NCBI GenBank assembly: GCA_041659805.1
Contig: JBAZXP010000001.1
Location: 448,589-512,588 of the forward strand
Reading direction: 5' to 3'
Origin: Microgenomates group bacterium
GTDB lineage: Bacteria > Patescibacteriota > Microgenomatia > Daviesbacterales > UBA10151
Length of the DNA stretch: 64,000 nucleotides
The notes beneath the pieces are model-generated. The model saw nothing but the letters and a program-made list of their open reading frames with translations, did not search any database and was not told the DNA's origin. The stretch's first letter is position 1, and every line of letters begins with the position of its first letter. The position numbers were made by a program, and so were the translations under genes. This document shows, piece by piece, positions 46,979 through 56,942 of the stretch.

Positions 46979-48657
46979 TGAAAAAAGTAGTGCATTTGTT
47001 TAAAAACCCTTTTGTTCTGCTTTTAATTTTTATCATCCCAAGTTTTGTCTATTTAGTACGTCCGGGATTTTTCCCGATGCAGGATGATTTGCAGGCGTTT
47101 AGAATCCAGCAAATGGATAAATGTTTTTCAGATTTTCAATTTCCCTGCCGTTGGGTACCGGATGCTGGGTATCAATATGGATATCCTCAATTTATTTACT
47201 ATCCGCCCAGTGTTTATTATTTAGGAGAACTTTTTCATTTAGCAGGTTTTCAAATTATAGATTCCGTCAAGATTTTATTTATTTTAGGATTTATTTTAGC
47301 TGCAGTTACAATGTTTATTTTGCTTAAAGAAATATTCGGAGTTTTTCCTGCATTTGTGGGTAGTATTTTATATACTTATGCGCCATATCGCGCTGTTGAT
47401 GTTTATGTCAGAGGAGCAATGAGCGAATTTTGGTCTTTTGTTTTTTTCCCTCTAATTTTTTGGTCTATCTATAAATTGATTAAATCGAAAAATGATAAAT
47501 ATATTATATGGTGTGCGATTTCTGTAGGATTATTACTTCTTACCCATAATTTGATGTCTTTGATCTTTATCCCTATTGCAGCGGTTTGGGGGATTTTTTG
47601 GATCATAGCAGAAAAGAATTGGAAAATATTTCCCAAAGTTATTTTTGCAGGACTTTTGGGACTTGGTCTGGCCGCATTTTTTACTTTTCCGGTAATTTTG
47701 GAAAAACAATATGCACATACAGAATCAATGTTGGGCGGATATTTTGATTACAGACAACATTTTGTTGATATAAATCAATTGTTTATTTCTAATCACTGGG
47801 GTTATGGTTCTTCATGGCTCGGGCCAAATGACGATTTAAATCTTTCAACAGGCAGTGTGCAGGTGTTGGCCTCACTTTTAGCTTTACTCCTGGCAATTTT
47901 TTATTACAAAAAAAATAAAAAGATTGCCTTACTGACAATTGTTTTATTTATTGCTGACCTGTTTGTTTTATTTATGACCCATCAAAAATCCAGTCCGGTT
48001 TGGGATTTATTGTCACCTTTGTGGTTTTTGCAATTTCCCTGGAGATTTTTAGCTGATAGCATTTTTATATTATCTCTACTGTCTTGTATCGCAATATTTT
48101 TCCTGAACGGTAAAACATTGCAAAAAATAGTCAGTATTTTTTTAATAGCATTGGTTTTATGCTTAAATTTTAGTTTTTTCCAACCATCAAGATGGTTTGA
48201 GATGACAGATGCTCAAAAGTTTTCAGGTAAAAGCTGGGAAAAACAATTAACAGTCAGTATTTTTGATTATTTGCCGATTTATGCCAAACTTCCGCCTATT
48301 CAAAAAGCCCCGGATTATCCGGAAGTGATGGACGGGAAAGCCACGTTTGTAGGCTATAAAAAGGGGAGTGATTTTCAGGTTGGGAAAGTGGCTGCAGAGT
48401 CACCCGCAAATTTAAGGCTGCCTTTGTTTGATTTCCCGGGGATGGAAGTGAAAGTTGACGGAAAAGTTGTTCCTCACTGGCATGATGATTGCAGAAATCA
48501 GGAATTCTGTTTGGGGTTAATTAGTTTTGATATTTACCCCGGTGAGCATACAATAGAAGCAAGACTGAAGAATACTTTGATCAGAGGATTGGGGAACGGA
48601 ATAACAGTCAGCAGTTTATTAGTTTTGGGTTATTTGATTTGGAAAAACCGCAGATGA
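46975..48657 (+). CDS. GT-C-type 'PTPS-related' membrane protein, tandem copy 1
   Basis: QDD, PCRWVPD.GY.YGYP, YVRGAMSE, THN, QFPWR, DYLP. Confidence 0.78.
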   Translation: MMKKVVHLFKNPFVLLLIFIIPSFVYLVRPGFFPMQDDLQAFRIQQMDKCFSDFQFPCRWVPDAGYQYGYPQFIYYPPSVYYLGELFHLAGFQIIDSVKILFILGFILAAVTMFILLKEIFGVFPAFVGSILYTYAPYRAVDVYVRGAMSEFWSFVFFPLIFWSIYKLIKSKNDKYIIWCAISVGLLLLTHNLMSLIFIPIAAVWGIFWIIAEKNWKIFPKVIFAGLLGLGLAAFFTFPVILEKQYAHTESMLGGYFDYRQHFVDINQLFISNHWGYGSSWLGPNDDLNLSTGSVQVLASLLALLLAIFYYKKNKKIALLTIVLFIADLFVLFMTHQKSSPVWDLLSPLWFLQFPWRFLADSIFILSLLSCIAIFFLNGKTLQKIVSIFLIALVLCLNFSFFQPSRWFEMTDAQKFSGKSWEKQLTVSIFDYLPIYAKLPPIQKAPDYPEVMDGKATFVGYKKGSDFQVGKVAAESPANLRLPLFDFPGMEVKVDGKVVPHWHDDCRNQEFCLGLISFDIYPGEHTIEARLKNTLIRGLGNGITVSSLLVLGYLIWKNRR

Positions 48658-50327
48658 TAAAAAATTTAACAAAATATTGGGCAGTTTGGGTATTAGTAAT
48701 TTTTATTGCCAGTGTTTCATGGCCGCTTTCTTTGCCCGGTTATTTTTCCCATCATGATGATTTACAGATTATGCGCATTTTTGAAATGAGGCGTTGTTTA
48801 ATTGATGCCCAAATCCCCTGCCGTTGGGTTCCTGATATGGGGTATGGAAACGGTTTCCCTCTTTTTAATTATTACAGCGCCCTACCTTATTATATAGGTG
48901 CGGTACTGAGTTTTTTGCTGGGCTATATTTGGTCGGCAAAGGTTTTATTTTTTATCCCTTTAATTTTAGGAGGTTTTTCTATGTATCTTTTAGGCAAAGA
49001 ATTATTTGGCAAAATTGCCGGAATAGTTTCTGCTGTTTTATATTTGTTTGCTCCTTATTTAGCACTGGATCTATACGTCAGAGGTGCTGTGGCTGAAAGT
49101 TTTGCATTATCAATTGTGCCTTTGGTTTTTTATTTTATTTTAAGATTGATTAAGCAGTCATCTTTTAAAAACTTTGCAGGATTGTCTGTTTCTTTTGCAG
49201 CTTTTTTAATCAGTCACAATATTATGACATTATTTTTTGCACCCATTATCTTTCTTTGGACTTTATGTTTTTCATATTCCGAAAAATTAAAAAGAATATG
49301 GCTGGTTTTTATAGGTTTAATATTAGGATTCGGAATGGCTGCATTTTTTATTCTTCCTGCATTTTTTGAAAAGTCCCTCGTTCAGTCAGATTCTTTGATA
49401 CAAATGGATTTGAATTTCAGGGCAAATTTTGTGGCAATTAATCAACTCTTCCTGGAACGTTTTTGGGGTTACGGAGCTTCAACTTTTGGCTCGAATGATA
49501 CTATATCTTTTCAGATAGGTTGGCCGCATTGGTGGCTTATGGCTCTATCAATTCCGTTTTTGATTATCGGTATTTTTACCCGAAAATTAAAATTAAATCA
49601 AATTTTGTTACCAGTTTTTCTGATAGTTATTTTTTGCTTTTCAGTCTTTATGACTCATAATCAATCTGCGTTTATTTGGGAAAAAATTGATGTTTTAAAA
49701 TATGCTCAATTTCCATGGAGATTTTTATCCTTGGCTGTTTTTACATCCAGTTTAATCGGTGGTTTTTTTGTTTTTGTTCTAAGGAACAAAGGACAACAGG
49801 TCATTCTGGCATCAGTAATTATTTTTATAACAGTATTTTTAAACTGGAGTTATTTCAAACCTGATAAATTTTATTTGAGTATGACAGATCAGGAAAAACT
49901 TACAGGTTCTTTGTGGGAAGATCAACAAAAAGCAGCAATTACAGATTATTTGCCCAAGACAGCATTAGAACCGAGGGAAAAAGCTCCGAATAGTCCGCTT
50001 TTAGTTTCAGGTAAGGCAGAAATCAGTTCATTTGCAAACTATTCAAATAAGTGGTTTTTTAAAACGAATGTTATAGAAACTTCTAAAATAGATATTCCTG
50101 TTTTTGATTTTCCGAATTGGCAAGTTTCTGTAAATGGCTCTGATTATCCTCATAATCATCAAAATTTAATCGGGAGGATAAATATCGATCTTCCGCCCGG
50201 ATCATATGAGGTAAGCGGTAATTTTAAAAATACTCAATTACGGACATTTGCAGATACCTTATCCTTAATATCTTTGGGATTATTAATCTTATTTTCTTAT
50301 GGAAAGTTTAAAAAAATATTTATCTGA
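48654..50327 (+). CDS. GT-C-type 'PTPS-related' membrane protein, tandem copy 2
   Basis: HDD, PCRWVPD, YVRGAVAE, SHN, QFPWR, DYLP. Start at ATG 48654 (ATGA overlap). Confidence 0.78.
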   Translation: MIKNLTKYWAVWVLVIFIASVSWPLSLPGYFSHHDDLQIMRIFEMRRCLIDAQIPCRWVPDMGYGNGFPLFNYYSALPYYIGAVLSFLLGYIWSAKVLFFIPLILGGFSMYLLGKELFGKIAGIVSAVLYLFAPYLALDLYVRGAVAESFALSIVPLVFYFILRLIKQSSFKNFAGLSVSFAAFLISHNIMTLFFAPIIFLWTLCFSYSEKLKRIWLVFIGLILGFGMAAFFILPAFFEKSLVQSDSLIQMDLNFRANFVAINQLFLERFWGYGASTFGSNDTISFQIGWPHWWLMALSIPFLIIGIFTRKLKLNQILLPVFLIVIFCFSVFMTHNQSAFIWEKIDVLKYAQFPWRFLSLAVFTSSLIGGFFVFVLRNKGQQVILASVIIFITVFLNWSYFKPDKFYLSMTDQEKLTGSLWEDQQKAAITDYLPKTALEPREKAPNSPLLVSGKAEISSFANYSNKWFFKTNVIETSKIDIPVFDFPNWQVSVNGSDYPHNHQNLIGRINIDLPPGSYEVSGNFKNTQLRTFADTLSLISLGLLILFSYGKFKKIFI

Positions 50328-51987
50328 ACATTTTTGGATTTTGATTTTACCTTTAAGCTACTTTAGTGTGAAGGCTCTTTTTGTACCCGGTTTTTATGGT
50401 GCTTCAGATGACTTACATATTGCTTGGTTATTTGAACTTGACCACTTAATTAAATTAGGTCAATTTCCACCACGTTTTGTGCCGGATTTAAGTTTCGGAT
50501 TCGGTTATCCGTTATTTAATTTTGTTTTTCCGCTGCCTTTTTATATAGGAGAAATATTTCATCTATTTGGTCTGAATTTTGTAGATAGTATCAAGACTGC
50601 TTTTTTATTAAGTGTGCCTTTATCGGGGATTTTTATGTATCAGTTTCTAAAAAGTTTTACTTCTAAACTTTTAAGTTTGGCGGGAGCTGTTATATATATG
50701 TATACCCCATACAGATCAACGGATATTTATATCAGAGGAGCAATTGGTGAGATAATTGCTTTTGTTTTTTTACCTCTGATTGCATTATCTGTAGTAAATC
50801 TTTCAGCAGAAAATAGCAGTTCTAAGCTGTCATTAAATTTCAGATGGATTGGAATCGGTGCGCTGTCACTTGCTGCCTTAATACTTACTCATAATATAAC
50901 CGCATATATGTTTCTTCCTTTTATTTTTATTTTAGCAATAGTCAGGTTAATCGTTTTCAAAAGAATCTTAAACAATTTACTAAATTTGTTTGTTTCTTTT
51001 TTGCTTGGGTTATTAATCAGCCTTTATTTTTGGTTTCCGGCAATATTGGATAGTAGTTTAATGAAATATGACACTGTTTTTAATTTTGTTGATCATTTTC
51101 CGACACTGCAACAATTAATTATTCCCTACTGGGGGTATGGTGCTTCTGTACCGGGACCAAATGACGGAATGTCATTTTATATCGGTTCAGTCAGTTTAAT
51201 GATTCTGATTGTTGGTTTATTGCTGATTATTTTGATGTGGAAGAAATTTTCAAATAATCAGAAAATAATTACTTGTTGGGCTGGTACCTCTTTTTTGATT
51301 GCTTTTTTGATGATGAATTTCAGATCAATTTTTATTTGGCAGAATGTGCCGTTAATTCCTTATTTCCAATTCCCGTGGAGATTTTTAATTATCACTACTT
51401 TTATGGTTCCGGTTTTTGTAATTGTTTTCGATAAAATAAAATATAAGGGATTTATAGCCTTAGTAATTATATTTTTATCACTCGTTACAAACTTTAATGA
51501 TTTTCACCCGCATGATAATTTAGGAAGAACTGATAATTATTATTTAAATAACTATATTCCTTTGCCTACTGCAAGCAAGGATTATTCTTTGTTACATGAG
51601 GAATATTTAAGATTACCAGTAGGTACAATTAGCCGTCCTGATAAAAATTACCCGCGCGTTTTTCCTCAGACTGATCAGGTAAAGGAAGTAATTGAGGTAG
51701 ATAGTTTAACGACTTTAATTAAAACCCAATCAAATGAAAAATTTACAATAAATTATAATAAGTATTATTTCCCAGGTTGGTATGCAAAAATCGATAATCA
51801 GGAAACTGAAATTTCTGCGGGTGATCCCTTTGGTCAGATTCAGTTGAATATTCCTTCGGGGCAGCATGAAGTTAAAATTGGATTTAGAGAGACACCTTTT
51901 AAATTATTCGCTGATATTGTCTCGTTGTCTGCTTTTATTGTTACAATGTATTTAATATTCGGATTAAAGGAATTTAAAAAAATATGA
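50299..51987 (+). CDS. GT-C-type 'PTPS-related' membrane protein, tandem copy 3
   Basis: SDD, PPRFVPD, YIRGAIGE, THN, QFPWR, EYL, YFPGW. Confidence 0.78.
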   Translation: MESLKKYLSEHFWILILPLSYFSVKALFVPGFYGASDDLHIAWLFELDHLIKLGQFPPRFVPDLSFGFGYPLFNFVFPLPFYIGEIFHLFGLNFVDSIKTAFLLSVPLSGIFMYQFLKSFTSKLLSLAGAVIYMYTPYRSTDIYIRGAIGEIIAFVFLPLIALSVVNLSAENSSSKLSLNFRWIGIGALSLAALILTHNITAYMFLPFIFILAIVRLIVFKRILNNLLNLFVSFLLGLLISLYFWFPAILDSSLMKYDTVFNFVDHFPTLQQLIIPYWGYGASVPGPNDGMSFYIGSVSLMILIVGLLLIILMWKKFSNNQKIITCWAGTSFLIAFLMMNFRSIFIWQNVPLIPYFQFPWRFLIITTFMVPVFVIVFDKIKYKGFIALVIIFLSLVTNFNDFHPHDNLGRTDNYYLNNYIPLPTASKDYSLLHEEYLRLPVGTISRPDKNYPRVFPQTDQVKEVIEVDSLTTLIKTQSNEKFTINYNKYYFPGWYAKIDNQETEISAGDPFGQIQLNIPSGQHEVKIGFRETPFKLFADIVSLSAFIVTMYLIFGLKEFKKI

Positions 51988-53477
51988 ACGATGATATTGA
52001 ATCAGGTGAACACCTGGATGCTACCTCTGAGATAACGCTGGATTTGGTAAAAAAGCGCGCTGTTCGTGGGGTTGCAACATTAACCGGAAGAACAATATTT
52101 ACTCAAGTTGTAGGGCTTGTGGCAACTTTCTTATTAACTATTTTTTTAACTCCGAATCAATTTGGAATTTATTTTATAGTCAGTGCTGCAGTTAATTTTT
52201 TTACATATTTTTCTGATATAGGACTCGGAGCAGCGATTATTCAGAAAAAAGAACGTTTAACTAGAAAAGACCTGGAAACAACTTTTACTATTCAAAATGC
52301 ATTGGTTCTAACATTGGTAGTGATTATTTTTTTAATTACGCCTCTTCTTAAAAGTTGGCAACATTTGGATACTGAATCAGTATATTTATTGTGGGCACTG
52401 GCATTCGGACTTTTATTGTCTTCTTTAAAAAGTGTACCGTCGTTACTTCTAGAAAGAGAATTGGATTTTAATAAATTAGTTATTCCGCAAATGTTTGAGT
52501 TCTTACTATTTCAGGTTATTGCAGTGTTCTTAGCATGGAGAGGGTTCGGGATCACGAGCTATACAATTGCAGTTATTGTAAGCCGTATCGCAGGGCTCGC
52601 GGCGATTTTTATCGTTCGTCCTTGGAGGCCCGGCTTTGCTTTTGATATTGAATCTCTGAAAGGTTTGCTTCGTTTTGGTTTGCCTTATCAGATTAATACT
52701 TTTTTGGCATCTATTAAGGATGACGGTATGACAGTATTTTTGGGAGGAATTTTAGGACCGGCAAATATTGGGTTATTGGGTTGGGCGCAAAAATGGGGAA
52801 ATGCACCTCTGCGTTTTTTTATGGATCAGGTGATTAAGGTTACTTTTCCGGCTTATGCACGTATGCAGGATCATAGAGAAGAGCTATCAAAAGCGGTTTC
52901 AAAATCTATTTTCTTTATCAGTGTATTAGTTTTTCCGACGGTTGCTTTATTAGTATTTCTTTCACCTATATTAGTTAGCATTATTCCGAAGTATGGAAAA
53001 TGGCAACCAGCTATTTTAGCCCTCGGTTTAATTTCTATTAATACTCTTTTGGCTTCAGTAAATACACCTTTAGTTAATGCGCTGAATGCGATTGGAAAAA
53101 TCAAAATAACTTTTCGCCTAATGATTATGTGGACGGTACTGACATGGGTATTAGTACCAACATTGGCGTACTTTTACGGTCTTAATGGTGCAGCTTTAGG
53201 ATATGCACTGGTTGGCACAAGTGCAGTAATCGCAATTTATATTGTAATGAAATATATTCCGATTAATTTATGGAAGAGTATAGGATCGCCCACTATTGCC
53301 GTAATTTTGATGGGCATTGTTTTAGCTGTCGGACGAATATATTTACCCTGGTCATGGATGTCAGTAATTATTTTAGGTATTTCGTCTCTGTTTGTTTATG
53401 CACTTTTACTTTTTATTTTAGTGGGGCCATCAATATGGCTGGATGTAAAAAAAATAGTTCTGAATGTTAAAGATTAA
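51984..53477 (+). CDS. wzx: Wzx/MOP-family oligosaccharide flippase
   Basis: LTPNQFG, D.GLGAAIIQ, RELDF, FPAYARMQ; about 12-14 TMs. Confidence 0.88.
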   Translation: MNDDIESGEHLDATSEITLDLVKKRAVRGVATLTGRTIFTQVVGLVATFLLTIFLTPNQFGIYFIVSAAVNFFTYFSDIGLGAAIIQKKERLTRKDLETTFTIQNALVLTLVVIIFLITPLLKSWQHLDTESVYLLWALAFGLLLSSLKSVPSLLLERELDFNKLVIPQMFEFLLFQVIAVFLAWRGFGITSYTIAVIVSRIAGLAAIFIVRPWRPGFAFDIESLKGLLRFGLPYQINTFLASIKDDGMTVFLGGILGPANIGLLGWAQKWGNAPLRFFMDQVIKVTFPAYARMQDHREELSKAVSKSIFFISVLVFPTVALLVFLSPILVSIIPKYGKWQPAILALGLISINTLLASVNTPLVNALNAIGKIKITFRLMIMWTVLTWVLVPTLAYFYGLNGAALGYALVGTSAVIAIYIVMKYIPINLWKSIGSPTIAVILMGIVLAVGRIYLPWSWMSVIILGISSLFVYALLLFILVGPSIWLDVKKIVLNVKD

Positions 53478-53490
53478 TCATTAGTAAATT

Positions 53491-56400
53491 ATGGTATTTT
53501 TTAAAAAACTTTTTTTCAGTTTAATTATTTTTTTATGTTTAAGTTTAGTTTCATCTGTTTACGCGGTTGATAACTCTTTTGTGACGGTAGTGAACCCTAT
53601 TAGAGGAAATGATTTTTGGGATCAACCAAGTCAGAAAATAGAAACAGCTGTTTTGGGTCAAATTCAAATTTTAAATGAGTTTAGGCTTCCTGCTACATTT
53701 TTAATCCGTTTTGATGCATTTTCATCTGATAAAACAATCAATGTATTAAAAAATTCAGGTTATGAAAAAGGATTATTTTTGGAAGTAACTCCTTCCTGGA
53801 CTAAAGCCGCGGGAGTGAGTTACAGGCAATCTGCTGTCTGGCATTTGGCAGGAAGTGTTTTTTTAAGCGGTTATGAGACGCAGGAAAGAAATAAATTAAT
53901 TGATACAGCATTCGAAGAGTTTAAAAAAACATTCGGTTTTTATCCGAAATCTGTGGGAGCTTGGTGGATTGATAGTTACTCGCTTGAGTACATGCAGACA
54001 AAATACAATATTGATGCAGCATTGATTGTGGCAGACCAATATTCAACAGATAACTATCAAATCTGGGGACAATATTTCGCAACCCCATATTATCCTGCCA
54101 AGAAAAATGCCTTAATGCCCGCACAGGATGTTAAAAATAAAATTTCGGTCGTCATGATGCAGTGGGCAACCAGAGACCCTATAAATGGCTATGGGGAAGG
54201 GGTGAATGAAACAACTTACAGCGTGCAGGCAAATGATTATATTGATTATCATAAATTAAATTCAGATTACTTCGGGAAGTTAATTGATTTGTATACAACA
54301 CAGCAATTTAACCAATTTAATCAGCTTGTTGTAGGTTTGGAAAATTCCTATTCCTGGCAAAAATATGAATCTGAATACCGTAAACAGATTGAAATATTAA
54401 GTAACAGGCAGCAAAAAGGACAATTATCAATCTTAACAATGGCAGATTTTGCTAAATGGTATGAACGCACATTCCCTGATTTATCCCCTGCACAAATAAT
54501 TGTGGCAAATGACCCGTTGGGTTCTTCTAAAAAAGTTGTATGGTACATGAATCCTTATTACCGCGCTGGTTGGTTTTACAATCAAAACGGGAGTGCCTTC
54601 CGTGATATCAGACAATATGTCGAAGGGGAGACAGAACCCTGCTACCTTTCAGCATGTCAGCAAATAAACTTTGCTACTTTTTCAACAAGAGTGCTTGATG
54701 ATGTGACTTACGGACAAAAATTAGTTTTGGATAAAGGTAAGATTAATGATTTTAATGTTAAAAAAGGTACGGGATTTATTTTAAACTATACTAATGAAGC
54801 CGAAAGAAAAAGACAAATTAGTTTTTTGCCAAGAGATATTTCAATTGATGACAAAATCAGCTCGATTGATAATTTAATCTTGCAGACCAAGAATACTCAA
54901 ACTGATAGTTCTAAAATAAAAGTTGAATTTACGCCGGGTACTACTAAGTATTTTCAAGAGTCATCCGGCACTTTGATTATTAATATTCTAAAATTTCTTT
55001 TATTTGTTATTTTAGGCTTATTTATTCCGGGGTTTTTGATTGTTAAATTTTTAAAACAAGAATCAGTATTTCTAAATATATTTTTATCCATATGCAGTGG
55101 TTTTGTTATGTTAGTTTTGATGTCTTTTGCTGTAGGTTATTTAAAAATGTTTTGGCTGACATATATTTATGTAGCACTTTCTTTTTTAATTTTTATTTTT
55201 GGAAAATTCTACAAGGAGATATCTTTTAGAGAAATAAATTTACCTAAAATCAAAAATTTATTACCAGTCATAATAATTATATTCTTTGGGACTATCTTTC
55301 AATCATTAATAATGATCCGTTCAGGTTGGGTTTATGATTTTGGAATCGGTTTTTGGGGTCCTACAGGTCATGATATGGTTTGGCACCAGGCATTGGTTAA
55401 TCAATTAATTAACAATGTTCCTCCTCAAAATCCAATTTTAGCCGGAGAATCATTGCAGGGATACCACTATTTTTATGATTTATTAGTCGCAGATACATTT
55501 CGGTTAACCCAAATTTCTATTTTGGATTTACTCTATAGATTTTATCCTGTAATGTTTTCTATATTTTTAGGAATCGGGACTGTTTGTTTGCTTAACAGAA
55601 TTACCAAAAATAAAATTATTGTTTTAATTTCTTTATATTTTGTTTATTTTGCAGGTAGCTTTGGTTGGATTGTTACATATCTCCGAGATAAGATTTTTAG
55701 CGGGGAATCAGTCTTTTGGGTCAATCAACCTGTTTCGATGAATCTTAACCCGCCCTTTGCGATTTCTTTAATTCTAATGATTGCGATTATTTTATTAGTG
55801 ATCGTTTTTAGACTGAGAAAAAGTGTTTGGTGTTCTGCCTTGCTGGTTTTGCTTATTGGGACTTTGGTTGAATTTAAGGTTTATGCAGGGGTGGTGGTAC
55901 TGGGTGGTATGTCTGTAATGGTTTTGACAGAAATTCTTTTCAGGAGAAACTTTGAATACTTAAAGATTTTTTCTGTGGCGGCAATTGTTTCAATAGTATT
56001 GTTTATATCTCAAAATAAAGGCGCAATCGGATTATTGGTTTGGTCTCCGTTTTGGTTTATTGACTCGATGATTGATTCTCCGGATAGGGTAGGGTGGGCT
56101 AAATTATCTTCTGCAAGGCTTGCCTATTTTGAAAGGGGAGAGTGGTTAAAATATGTAGCTATCGAAGTTTTATCCTTGAGTATATTTATTTTGGGTAATT
56201 TGGGACTTAGAATAATATCTTTTTCCAGGATAAATCTCTTATTTAAAAAAGACTTTTGGCAAACAACAGAATATCCTTTTATGCTTTTTATGGGGTTTGC
56301 ATCTCTAATAATTCCGATATTTTTGATTCAAAAAGGTAACCCCTGGAATACGATTCAATTTTTGTACTATTTAATTTACTTAATTGCTCTTTCTGCAGGT

Positions 56401-56928
56401 TTCGGACTATATGCTTTATATAGAAAATTACCAAAAATTATCGGACTAGTATTTTTAGGGATTGTTCTGTTATTGGCGCCTGTTAATGCAGTAGTGTCTT
56501 TTACGGATACTTTGGGTCAAATACCGCCTGCTTCACTTAGCCAAAATGAGTTGGAAGCATTAAATTTTCTTGCCAAACAGCCGGATGGGGTCGTTTTGAC
56601 TTACCCCTATAACGATTCATTGAACAGTAAATTTTTAACCCCAATTCCTCTTTTTGCTTATACAACCTCAGCTTATGTTTCTGCTTTTTCCGGGAAGCAA
56701 ACATATATTGAAGACACTATGCAAAATGAAATTTTACAGACAGATTACAATCCGAGACTCGTTGCAGCAGAAGATTTTTTTAGTAGCGGCATAATGCCAC
56801 CAAGTTTGGAAGGGAAAATAAGATATGTTTATCTGCCTAAGTTTTTTGAAATTAATGTAGATACAAGTAAACAATGGAAAAAGATTTTTGAAAATAAGGA
56901 AGTATTAATCTATGAGATTAGTAGTTAA
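53491..56928 (+). CDS. Fusion: secreted deacetylase/GH57-like barrel domain plus GT-C-like membrane domain
   Basis: Signal peptide; PATFL..FDA, GLFLE, FKKTFGFYPKSVGAWWID. The C-terminal half matches 60488-62443 (GHD..WH.AL, YH.F.D, FKVYAG). Confidence 0.65.
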   Translation: MVFFKKLFFSLIIFLCLSLVSSVYAVDNSFVTVVNPIRGNDFWDQPSQKIETAVLGQIQILNEFRLPATFLIRFDAFSSDKTINVLKNSGYEKGLFLEVTPSWTKAAGVSYRQSAVWHLAGSVFLSGYETQERNKLIDTAFEEFKKTFGFYPKSVGAWWIDSYSLEYMQTKYNIDAALIVADQYSTDNYQIWGQYFATPYYPAKKNALMPAQDVKNKISVVMMQWATRDPINGYGEGVNETTYSVQANDYIDYHKLNSDYFGKLIDLYTTQQFNQFNQLVVGLENSYSWQKYESEYRKQIEILSNRQQKGQLSILTMADFAKWYERTFPDLSPAQIIVANDPLGSSKKVVWYMNPYYRAGWFYNQNGSAFRDIRQYVEGETEPCYLSACQQINFATFSTRVLDDVTYGQKLVLDKGKINDFNVKKGTGFILNYTNEAERKRQISFLPRDISIDDKISSIDNLILQTKNTQTDSSKIKVEFTPGTTKYFQESSGTLIINILKFLLFVILGLFIPGFLIVKFLKQESVFLNIFLSICSGFVMLVLMSFAVGYLKMFWLTYIYVALSFLIFIFGKFYKEISFREINLPKIKNLLPVIIIIFFGTIFQSLIMIRSGWVYDFGIGFWGPTGHDMVWHQALVNQLINNVPPQNPILAGESLQGYHYFYDLLVADTFRLTQISILDLLYRFYPVMFSIFLGIGTVCLLNRITKNKIIVLISLYFVYFAGSFGWIVTYLRDKIFSGESVFWVNQPVSMNLNPPFAISLILMIAIILLVIVFRLRKSVWCSALLVLLIGTLVEFKVYAGVVVLGGMSVMVLTEILFRRNFEYLKIFSVAAIVSIVLFISQNKGAIGLLVWSPFWFIDSMIDSPDRVGWAKLSSARLAYFERGEWLKYVAIEVLSLSIFILGNLGLRIISFSRINLLFKKDFWQTTEYPFMLFMGFASLIIPIFLIQKGNPWNTIQFLYYLIYLIALSAGFGLYALYRKLPKIIGLVFLGIVLLLAPVNAVVSFTDTLGQIPPASLSQNELEALNFLAKQPDGVVLTYPYNDSLNSKFLTPIPLFAYTTSAYVSAFSGKQTYIEDTMQNEILQTDYNPRLVAAEDFFSSGIMPPSLEGKIRYVYLPKFFEINVDTSKQWKKIFENKEVLIYEISS

Positions 56929-56942
56929 AATAAAATAATAAA

